Positions 29,007-36,982 of a DNA stretch of 64,000 nt are shown piece by piece. The stretch's first letter is position 1; each line of letters begins with the position of its first letter. Under the pieces are notes generated by a model that saw only the letters and a program-made list of their open reading frames with translations, was not told the origin of the DNA and ran no database searches. Origin of the DNA: Candidatus Omnitrophota bacterium (GTDB taxonomy: Bacteria > Omnitrophota > Gorgyraeia > 2-02-FULL-51-18); the NCBI GenBank assembly GCA_023247915.1, contig JAHFFN010000001.1:9417-73416 (forward strand). The letters are read 5' to 3'. A program made the translations under genes and the position numbers.

Positions 29007-29689
29007 GCTTTCTGCCCTATCACAATGGCGTGCGTAAAAGCATCTCCGGAACCGAAAGAATACTCTAAAAGCTTAAACCCTGAGTTCTCTAAAAGACGGA
29101 GTGCGTGTTTTTTTGAGTGAAGGTGCGTAAATTCTGTCGGGCAAAGCTCGATATTTTTCTTAAGAAGTGTATTGCAAAAAAAGTGGATGACTTTAAAAGC
29201 CGCGACACTCAAACCATATTCCGGCGGCCAAAACAAAACAATTTTTCCTTGAGGCTTCAACACCCGATGAAACTCATGAAGTATCACATGAATGTCTTTC
29301 TCAAAAAAATGCTCCATCACTCCCAAATTATAGACGCCGTCAAAAGACTCTTTTTGAAAGGGCAATTCCAAAATACTCCCCCGCGCCGTACGAGCCAACT
29401 CCCCATGAAGCGCCCGGTAACGTTCCAGCGCCGGCAGTGAAATATCCAATGCCGTGATTTTCATTTTTTTGACCAGATCCACATCCACTTGTCCGGCGCC
29501 GCAACCGGCATGCAAAAGTTCCGAGGAATCGGGGAAATATTTTAAAACAAATCCGTTCAGGGAACGTTTAATGATGTGGGTGCGGTAAAAAGAGGCGATG
29601 CTGTCATACAGACGGCGGCGATGATTTGCTTGATTGAGCCAATACTCGTCCCAACCTTCTTGCTCTTTGGATAAAAGGAGGTCATTCAT
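29003..29689 (-). CDS. class I SAM-dependent methyltransferase
   Basis: HAGCGAG, LDIS, LPF...SFD, RVLKPQG; start moved to MNDLLL. Confidence 0.8.
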   Translation of the reverse strand: MNDLLLSKEQEGWDEYWLNQANHRRRLYDSIASFYRTHIIKRSLNGFVLKYFPDSSELLHAGCGAGQVDVDLVKKMKITALDISLPALERYRALHGELARTARGSILELPFQKESFDGVYNLGVMEHFFEKDIHVILHEFHRVLKPQGKIVLFWPPEYGLSVAAFKVIHFFCNTLLKKNIELCPTEFTHLHSKKHALRLLENSGFKLLEYSFGSGDAFTHAIVIGQKA

Positions 29690-29747
29690 CGAGCTCAGTT
29701 TATACAAAGCGATGGGTCTTTTCCACGATTTATTGTATGATAAATCC

Positions 29748-31547
29748 ATGTCAGCAAACTTTGCCAAAGGGATTACTTGGGACTTGTCCGATCTTTACGC
29801 GTCCATTCAAGACGCTAAAATCGAATCTGATTTGAAGGTCGCCGAAGAAAAAGCGCGCGCTTTCGAAAAAAAATACAAACCTCTTTTCGAAAAATCACCG
29901 AACGGCTCTTTCCCTCTGGCGGATCTCATGAAAGATTACAAAGAAATCGCCGTCTTGACGACAAAACCGGCGGTATTCACTCATCTGTCTTTCGCTGGAA
30001 AAACCAATGACGCGGCAATCGCGGCTTTCATGCAAAAAACACAGGTGCGCCTGACGGATATCTCGTCGCATCTGGTATTTTTCGAAGTTTTCTGGAATAA
30101 ACTTCCCGCGGCACAAGCCAATCAGTGGATGAGCGATGCTTCCGTCAAAGCGGATCGTCATTTTCTGGAACGCATGCGCGCCTACGCCCCGCACACCTTG
30201 GCCGAGGGTGAGGAAAAAATCATGGCCATCAAATCCAATACCTCCGGCAGCGCTTTCTCACGGCTTTTTGATGAAATCATGAACAGTATCCCTTTTTATC
30301 TAGACATCCAAGGCACTCGCGTCAAAAAAACAGAGGGAGAGGTTCTTTCCCTGCTTCATTCCACCGATCGCACCGAAAGAAAAAAAGCTTCGGACAGTCT
30401 TGCCGAAGGCCTGGGCGCCAACACGCATCTTTTGACTTATATTTTTAATATGATTTTGGCGGATCACCGATCCTCGATGAAAATCCGGAATTACAAACAC
30501 CCGATGGATTCCCGCAATCTGGCGAATGAAACAGACCTTCCCAGTATCACGACTCTGATCGACAGCGTCAAAAAAGCTTACCCACTTGTCGCCCGCTACT
30601 ATCGCCTCAAGAAAAAACTGCTAGGACTCGAGACGCTTTACGATTATGACCGCTATGCCTCGATTAATTCTGAAGAAAATCAAGTGCCCTTCGAAGAATG
30701 CCAAAAAATCGTTCTTTCGGGTTACCGCGCGTTTTCCCCAGAAGCCGCTGAGATCGCCGAACAATTTTTCTCCAAGCGCTGGATCGACGCCGAAGTCCGT
30801 GAAGGCAAACAAGGCGGCGGTTTTTGCTGTGAAACAACGCCCGATCTTCACCCTTATGTTTTGGTCAATTACACCGGCAGTCTTCGGGATGTCATGACCG
30901 TCGCCCACGAGCTTGGCCACGGCATCCACCAGTATTTGTCCCGCAAAGCGGGTATTCTGGAGTCCGGCGCGCCGCTGACCATGGCCGAAACCGCCTCCGT
31001 CTTCGGAGAAATGCTGATTTTCGAGAAAATTCTTGAAAATGAAAAAGACCCCAAAAAGCGTCTCAGTCTGCTCTGTGGAAAAATCGATGACAATTTTGCG
31101 ACTGTGTACAGGCAAATCGCCATGACGGATTTTGAACTCCTATCGCATGAAGCGGGGCTGGCCGAGGGCGAACTCTCAAGCGAGCGTCTTAGCGACTTGT
31201 GGGTAGAGGCCAATCGGAGGATGTACGGCGACAGCGTGACATTGACGGACAATTATCGCCATGGCTGGAAATATATCCCCCACTTCATCCATTCGCCTTT
31301 TTATTGCTATGCCTATGCCTATGCGCAACTTTTTGTGTTATGTTTATATCAGACGTACAAAGCGGATAAAAAGGGCTTCGTTCCCAAGTACTTCGAAATG
31401 CTGTCCCTGGGAGGCTCCCGGAGCCCTGAGGATATCGCCAAGATCGCCGGACTTGATCTAAAAAGCCCCGGCTTCTGGCAGGCGGGCTTAAAACTGCTGG
31501 AAGAGCTCGTGGGGCAAGCGGAACAAATAGCGGAGAAACTCTCATGA
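29748..31547 (+). CDS. pepF: M3B oligoendopeptidase F
   Basis: WDLSDLY N-terminus, HELGH, AETAS, IPHFIHSPFYCYAY. Confidence 0.9.
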   Translation: MSANFAKGITWDLSDLYASIQDAKIESDLKVAEEKARAFEKKYKPLFEKSPNGSFPLADLMKDYKEIAVLTTKPAVFTHLSFAGKTNDAAIAAFMQKTQVRLTDISSHLVFFEVFWNKLPAAQANQWMSDASVKADRHFLERMRAYAPHTLAEGEEKIMAIKSNTSGSAFSRLFDEIMNSIPFYLDIQGTRVKKTEGEVLSLLHSTDRTERKKASDSLAEGLGANTHLLTYIFNMILADHRSSMKIRNYKHPMDSRNLANETDLPSITTLIDSVKKAYPLVARYYRLKKKLLGLETLYDYDRYASINSEENQVPFEECQKIVLSGYRAFSPEAAEIAEQFFSKRWIDAEVREGKQGGGFCCETTPDLHPYVLVNYTGSLRDVMTVAHELGHGIHQYLSRKAGILESGAPLTMAETASVFGEMLIFEKILENEKDPKKRLSLLCGKIDDNFATVYRQIAMTDFELLSHEAGLAEGELSSERLSDLWVEANRRMYGDSVTLTDNYRHGWKYIPHFIHSPFYCYAYAYAQLFVLCLYQTYKADKKGFVPKYFEMLSLGGSRSPEDIAKIAGLDLKSPGFWQAGLKLLEELVGQAEQIAEKLS

Positions 31548-32188
31548 AAAATTTGCGATCCAAATGGCTGGTTCTTTCCGCGCTCCTTTTACTGTCTTCC
31601 GCTGTTTTCGCCGAAGAAGCTAAAACCATTTTTTATAACTTCGAAGGCCGCGTCACTTTGATGAGATACGGAAAAGGAACGCCGGCCAACTTTGACCTTC
31701 CGTTTCAAACGGGTGATATTTTTAAGATTGATACGGACAGTTTTCTGGACATCACCATGCATTATCTGGCCGCCGTAAAATTTGAAGCTTTGAGCGAATG
31801 CCGGGTTGTCAACGCCTCTGAAAGCGAAATGCACTTGGATTTAAAAAAAGGCATGGCTAAAGCCAATGTCAAAGGCCTGCCCACAGGCACGCGTTTCTTT
31901 TTGGAAACTCCTCTAGGAATCGCGAAGGTGCGCGAGCTGACTCCTTCTCAGCTGGCAGTGTGGATCTCCAAGGACAAGGATGGGAAAATGGTTTGCTCTT
32001 TCGCTTCCAAAAAAGGAACCTTGGATATTCAAGCCAAAACCTCTTCCTCTACCATGGTCATCTATGAAAGCCAAATCATTGAAATCCACGAGGATGGTTT
32101 TGTTTCTGCGCCACGGCAGGTGAATGAAGAAGAAGAAAAAATTACCGACAAAATTTCCTCGGTTTACATCGCTCCTAAACCAGACTGA
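31544..32188 (+). CDS. secreted FecR-domain-like protein
   Basis: Signal peptide, EGRV...GD...LKKG...ETPLGIAKVR pattern. Confidence 0.5.
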   Translation: MKNLRSKWLVLSALLLLSSAVFAEEAKTIFYNFEGRVTLMRYGKGTPANFDLPFQTGDIFKIDTDSFLDITMHYLAAVKFEALSECRVVNASESEMHLDLKKGMAKANVKGLPTGTRFFLETPLGIAKVRELTPSQLAVWISKDKDGKMVCSFASKKGTLDIQAKTSSSTMVIYESQIIEIHEDGFVSAPRQVNEEEEKITDKISSVYIAPKPD

Positions 32189-33426
32189 TTTTTCTCGAAT
32201 TTTTTAAGCGCCTCCGCGACTACTCGATGACCCGCCGGAGTTAAATGGCCGTCATTTGTCCAAAACAGTCGCTCTCCTTCTCGCGCCGCTTTGCGGAAAG
32301 CGGGTCTCAAATCAATACTCTCTATGGCCTCTTCCCTGAATTTCTGAAGAATGCCATCATAAATGGTGTCATACAGAGGGCTGTAGATTTTGTGATACTC
32401 CTTGTCTGTTATCTGTCTAGATTCTTTCAAAATGGGAGGATAAATCTGCTCTTTAAACGGCATGAGAATCACAACAAATCGTGATCCCATGCTTTTACTT
32501 GTCCTCTGCCCCTCACGGATGAGCTTCAAGATATTTTCTCTGCCCTCTTTGGACGAAGCCACTCGTATTTGAGGAATCCAGTACGGCGTTTCCGCAAAAT
32601 TAAACGAGTAATCCTTATTTTTGAAAAAAATGGACTCCGTCACATTTCCGGTCGTGTTCAACACTTGGCCAAAAGTTAAAAAGCGTTTGAGGCAATGATA
32701 CAACACGCTGTGTTCTAAAATTTTTTCACGGTAGTGGCGAAATAAAAGATGCGGATGATGCGCAATCTCTTCGTCCCAATAATACAGACGCCCCTGATCG
32801 CCGCGAACATAGGATTGAGATTCATTCATGTCATTGGCAAAAACACTGTAAAAAATAATCTTGGGTGGCTTCCGTGAATGAATTGAGATCATTTTAATCA
32901 TCTCGTTGTAAATGCAAGGGCTCGCCGAAATAACACCGAGATTCAAAACACGCAAACCCAACGACTCTTGCAAACGCGCAGGAAATGTCTCCGACTCCGT
33001 GACCAAAGGGCCAAAAACCATCGAATCGCCTATGACAGCAATATCGCCGCCTTCTTCGATTTCTTTTTTTCTAAAAATCATGGTTTTGCCTTCGGCGACA
33101 CGCAAGCCGCTGCGGGCTCCCAAAGCGGATTCTTCTTTGACAAAAGCCTTCATGGTAGGACTGATAAACGATCCAAAGAGACGCAAAGAAAATTCCGCGC
33201 TTAAGAAACCGAGCGCGACACCAAAAACAATCAGAAGAATTTTAGGAAAAACGTTTTTCAAAAGCTTGAGAAAACAATGCGCGCCAGAAAAGCGCCAAAA
33301 CGAAAAAGAAATAAACCCGCGATCACGCTCACACTGACATTCAAAACCGCTTTCCAGATCGCCGCGTCCCTCAAAAGATTGGAAGTCTCCAAAGTAAAAG
33401 CGGAAAAAGTAGTGAACGCGCCGCAA
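32164..33426 (-). CDS. SGNH/AlgJ-like protein (true start probably near 33265)
   Basis: IGDSM, NLG, FAND, DGHLTPAGH. Confidence 0.75.
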   Translation of the reverse strand: MRRVHYFFRFYFGDFQSFEGRGDLESGFECQCERDRGFISFSFWRFSGAHCFLKLLKNVFPKILLIVFGVALGFLSAEFSLRLFGSFISPTMKAFVKEESALGARSGLRVAEGKTMIFRKKEIEEGGDIAVIGDSMVFGPLVTESETFPARLQESLGLRVLNLGVISASPCIYNEMIKMISIHSRKPPKIIFYSVFANDMNESQSYVRGDQGRLYYWDEEIAHHPHLLFRHYREKILEHSVLYHCLKRFLTFGQVLNTTGNVTESIFFKNKDYSFNFAETPYWIPQIRVASSKEGRENILKLIREGQRTSKSMGSRFVVILMPFKEQIYPPILKESRQITDKEYHKIYSPLYDTIYDGILQKFREEAIESIDLRPAFRKAAREGERLFWTNDGHLTPAGHRVVAEALKKFEKNQSGLGAM

Positions 33427-33644
33427 AAACCCACCATCAAAAGAAGCCTCGCGTTAGACCCCATCGCCATTTTCCCCTCAGGAATTGCCGAAAGGAAACC
33501 GATTAAAAAGCATCCTACCAAGTTAACAGCCAGAGTCCCGTAAGGAAATGCCGCGCCGCAAAACCTCTGGATAGAACCCCCCATGTAATACCGCGTCAAA
33601 CCACCAGCGATACTGCCCGCAACCAAACTCAGGATTTTTGTCAT
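33258..33644 (-). CDS. crcB: fluoride channel FluC
   Basis: FPYGTLAVNLVGCFLIG, GFCGAFTTFS. Confidence 0.93.
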   Translation of the reverse strand: MTKILSLVAGSIAGGLTRYYMGGSIQRFCGAAFPYGTLAVNLVGCFLIGFLSAIPEGKMAMGSNARLLLMVGFCGAFTTFSAFTLETSNLLRDAAIWKAVLNVSVSVIAGLFLFRFGAFLARIVFSSF

Positions 33645-33648
33645 AGGT

Positions 33649-34806
33649 TTAAGCCACCTTTTCTAGTTCTTGTTGTATCCTTTTTTGAATCAATAAAAGT
33701 TGTGCCGGATTGAAATCTTTTTGAATGTTTTTGATCAGGGATTCCTCCACCCCTTTAAGGGAGGGTCTCTCCGGATCCCCACTAATCGTAAAATTAAAAA
33801 TAAGTTTAGGATGGCGATTAAGCGTTGTCAAAAAAATCTGGCTTTCCGGACTCCAATCGGTGGTGGATTTTATTTTATGCGCTTCTATTTTTAAGCGATT
33901 TTTAGAATCCAAGTTTTCGGGACTAAGCCGCGAATCGGATTGAAGCGAGAGAAAACCTCTCTCAAAATAAACAGGCACCGTGTTCCGGTAGAGAGGTCTT
34001 AACATTTTTAGATCCACTTGATTTAAATTCACCTGAAGATGGATTTGACCGCGTTTTCTAAAAAAACGTGCCTGGAAACGTCCTTCCTGTTCATTCTTAA
34101 AACCACCTCTCAAAAAAATAGCGTCTATCGAAGGAGCCCCCTCCTTACTCCATTCCAAGCCGCTCACCGATACATTAATATTATTGAAAAAAAGCGGTTT
34201 TGTTTGACGATCCGTCAGAATTAGCCGGCCTTTTTTGATCTCAAGCGTTCCAATCTCAAATAAAACAGATCGCGGGTGGAAAAAATAACCCCATTCCGGC
34301 AGAGGTTTTTCGGCTTGGCTATGACGCACATCGTATTTAAATCGCTCGTACAGATTAAAGAACCAGTCTTTGTGTTTGGATCCGTGGAAAGACTTCCCGG
34401 ATTCCGCACCCTTGGTGTATAAAATTTTTTCGACGTTGAGAATCCCCTTCTGATCCTTCACCACTTTCATTTCCGCCTGATCCAAAATCAACGAGGACAC
34501 ATAAAATTTACCTCGCAAAAGGGACAAAAGACTCATATTGGCTTTAACGCGCCTGCTATAAAGCACTCGAACCTTGGGGAACGCAGGATCAAAAACTTCC
34601 AGATTGTCGGCGGAAAACGCCAGAAAAAGCGGGTGAAAGCGAACATGCTCCAAGGTGATACGCGATTCAGCGCGGCGGCTGAGAACCGTCAGAATTTTTT
34701 GCGTTAGGGAGGGAGAAAGGCTTCTGGCGATAGCGGCGTCTCCCGCCAGAGCGACGCCGATAAATAAAATAACCCAATGAAAGGTTCGTAGGCGCGATTG
34801 TGACAT
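33649..34806 (-). CDS. DUF748/AsmA-like envelope protein
   Basis: N-terminal TM, beta-rich, terminal FTISGDPERPS. Confidence 0.5.
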   Translation of the reverse strand: MSQSRLRTFHWVILFIGVALAGDAAIARSLSPSLTQKILTVLSRRAESRITLEHVRFHPLFLAFSADNLEVFDPAFPKVRVLYSRRVKANMSLLSLLRGKFYVSSLILDQAEMKVVKDQKGILNVEKILYTKGAESGKSFHGSKHKDWFFNLYERFKYDVRHSQAEKPLPEWGYFFHPRSVLFEIGTLEIKKGRLILTDRQTKPLFFNNINVSVSGLEWSKEGAPSIDAIFLRGGFKNEQEGRFQARFFRKRGQIHLQVNLNQVDLKMLRPLYRNTVPVYFERGFLSLQSDSRLSPENLDSKNRLKIEAHKIKSTTDWSPESQIFLTTLNRHPKLIFNFTISGDPERPSLKGVEESLIKNIQKDFNPAQLLLIQKRIQQELEKVA

Positions 34807-34877
34807 AGCTATTATTTTACATGATTATACTTGGGGATAAAAATTAAAACTGCCTCTAAAAATGTTTTAATATTTTT

Positions 34878-35612
34878 ATGAATCGGTTATCCTATTTCTT
34901 GATGACCTCTAAACTGCTCCCTAGCCTCAGCATTTTCTTTCCGGCCTACTATGATGAAAATACCGTGGAAGCTCTTACGCGTTCAAGTATCGAAATCGCT
35001 AAAAGACTGACGGATGACTATGAGATCATCATCGTGGACGATAAAAGCCCCGACAAAACCGGCGCGATTGCCGACCGCTTAGCCAAAGAAATCAAAGAAG
35101 TGCGTGTGGTGCATCACCTCGAAAACAAGGGCATCGGTCAAGCCATGATCAGCGGGTACAAACATGCTTCGAAGGAGTGGGTTTTTTACACGGATGGCGA
35201 CGCCCAATACGATGTCTCAGAACTGCCGCTTTTTGCGGAACACACCAAAGATTTTGACATTCTCGTCGGCTACCGCTTAAAACGCGCCGAAGGACTTAAA
35301 CGTGTTTTCATCAGCCGTTGCTTTCACCTTCTCATTTTGAGTCTTTTTGGAATCCGGTTTAAAGACATTGATTGTAGTTTCAAATTAATCCATCGTCGCT
35401 TCCTAGACAAAATCTCTTTTTACACGCATAGCGGTCTTGTGGATGCTGAGATCCTTATTCAGGCCAGACTTTTAAAATTTCCCGTGAAAGAAATAGGCGT
35501 TCACCATTACCCAAGAAGATTTGGAAGCTCTCACTGTCTGAAACCAAGACTTATCCTTTCGATGCTTGTCGATACGTTTAAACTTCGTTTCAAACTTTGG
35601 AAAATCACGTGA
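34878..35612 (+). CDS. Dpm1-like GT2 glycosyltransferase
   Basis: FPAYYDE, DDKSPDKT, TDGDAQY, DIDCSFK. Confidence 0.85.
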   Translation: MNRLSYFLMTSKLLPSLSIFFPAYYDENTVEALTRSSIEIAKRLTDDYEIIIVDDKSPDKTGAIADRLAKEIKEVRVVHHLENKGIGQAMISGYKHASKEWVFYTDGDAQYDVSELPLFAEHTKDFDILVGYRLKRAEGLKRVFISRCFHLLILSLFGIRFKDIDCSFKLIHRRFLDKISFYTHSGLVDAEILIQARLLKFPVKEIGVHHYPRRFGSSHCLKPRLILSMLVDTFKLRFKLWKIT

Positions 35613-36493
35613 TTTTAGTTACCGGCGCCACCGGTTTTATCGGATCGTATCTGATGCCCCGTCTTGCCTCCTTTTCTAAAGTTCGTTGTTTGGTACGACC
35701 TCCGTCCATCCCTTCATTAAAAAAGAACGCCTCCGTCGAAATTATTCCTTATGATTTTTTATCGCCGGATTCTCTGGATCGGGCTCTTGAAGGGGTGCAT
35801 TGTGTGATTCATATGGCCGCTCTTTTAAGAAAAAAATCTCCCGATGAAATTCGAAAAGTAAATGTCGAGGGAACACAACGACTCCTAGACGCTGCACGAA
35901 ATCAGGGTGTCAGTCATTTTATTTTTACGAGCACCGAAAACGCTTTGCGTGAAAATCTCTCGGATGCTTATGCCCAAACAAAACGGGAGGCCGAAGTGAT
36001 TGTGCAAAGCTTTCCTAATCATTTGATTCTTCGCCCTTCTTTCGTTTATGGCCGTGGCGATACGCATGGCCTAGGACGCCTCTTATCTATTGCTGAAAAA
36101 TACCCGGTCGTTCCTCTCTTTGGCGGATTAAAACAAAAAATCCAACCGCTCTATATCGAAGACATGACGGAATACTTGCTACTCGCCGTTCAAAAAAATT
36201 TGAAAGGGGAATTTATTGTAGCGGGGTCAGAAACGGTAAACCTGAATGATTTTATGAAGAGAATGCTCCGAATACGCTCTTTAAAAAAAATGACACTCCC
36301 CATCCCTTATTTTATGTACGCCGCTTCCGCTATGGCCGGAGATTTATTTTTCAAATCCGGGGATTGGGGCAGCGCCCAACTTAAAAATATCTACCAAAGT
36401 AGAACCTATTCGATTGAGGAAACGATTCAAGCGTTTGGTTATACTCCGCGCAGTTTAGAGGCTGGGTTGAGGGGTTGGTTAGATAACAAATAA
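35597..36493 (+). CDS. NAD-dependent epimerase/dehydratase (atypical SDR)
   Basis: VTGATGFIG, YAQTK, LRPSFVYG. Confidence 0.85.
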   Translation: MENHVILVTGATGFIGSYLMPRLASFSKVRCLVRPPSIPSLKKNASVEIIPYDFLSPDSLDRALEGVHCVIHMAALLRKKSPDEIRKVNVEGTQRLLDAARNQGVSHFIFTSTENALRENLSDAYAQTKREAEVIVQSFPNHLILRPSFVYGRGDTHGLGRLLSIAEKYPVVPLFGGLKQKIQPLYIEDMTEYLLLAVQKNLKGEFIVAGSETVNLNDFMKRMLRIRSLKKMTLPIPYFMYAASAMAGDLFFKSGDWGSAQLKNIYQSRTYSIEETIQAFGYTPRSLEAGLRGWLDNK

Positions 36494-36499
36494 AATATA

Positions 36500-36633
36500 G
36501 AGAGTGGGATTCGGCGCCCTACGCGCGTCACTTCGTTTGCCGCGCTTCGGGTCGGCCACTCGCGCGCCTGACGCGCCATATTGGCTGTCGTTTTTCTGCC
36601 TTTGTGGCAGCGGTGCGCTCCCTTCGAATCCCT
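36500..36633. repeat. tRNA-trailing structured element, copy E2; ends resemble the tRNA-Ser(GCT) 3' end
   Basis: gagagtgggattcg ... ttcgaatccc versus tRNA gagagactgggattcgaa; core 87% identical to E1. Confidence 0.85.
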
Positions 36634-36642
36634 ATAAACTGA

Positions 36643-36764
36643 TTTTTCTTATAACAGGCTCAGATGCAAGGCGCGAATGAAGTTTGCGCGGAGGCGTGCC
36701 GGGAGGCACGCCGCACAAGCAAACTTTGTTCGCAACGTAGCAGATGAGCCTGTTATAAGAAAAA
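36643..36764. repeat. MITE/REP-like palindromic element with perfect 20-bp terminal inverted repeats
   Basis: tttttcttataacaggctca ... tgagcctgttataagaaaaa; nested stems gcgaatgaagtttgc/gcaaactttgttcgc and ggcgtgcc/ggcacgcc. Confidence 0.75.
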
Positions 36765-36853
36765 CGGAGAGACTGGGATTCGAACCCAGGGACCAGTTTT
36801 ACCCGGTCAGTCACTTAGCAGGCGACTGCAATCGGCCTCTCTGCCATCTCTCC
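36765..36853 (-). tRNA. tRNA-Ser(GCT), no encoded CCA
   Basis: GGAGAGATGGCAGAGAGGCCGATTGCAGTCGCCT-GCT-AAGTGAC...GGTTCGAATCCCAGTCTCTCCG. Confidence 0.95.
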
Positions 36854-36882
36854 AAAAACTATTTTAAGTCAGCAAACAAGAA

Positions 36883-36970
36883 TGGCGGAGAGGGTAGGAT
36901 TCGAACCCACGGTACCTTTCGGCACATCCGCTTTCAAGGCGGACGCAATCGACCACTCTGCCACCTCTCC
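36883..36970 (-). tRNA. tRNA-Ser(TGA), CCA encoded
   Basis: GGAGAGGTGGCAGAGTGGTCGATTGCGTCCGCCT-TGA-AAGCGGA...GGTTCGAATCCTACCCTCTCCGCCA. Confidence 0.95.
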
Positions 36971-36982
36971 TAAAAGCTGAGA

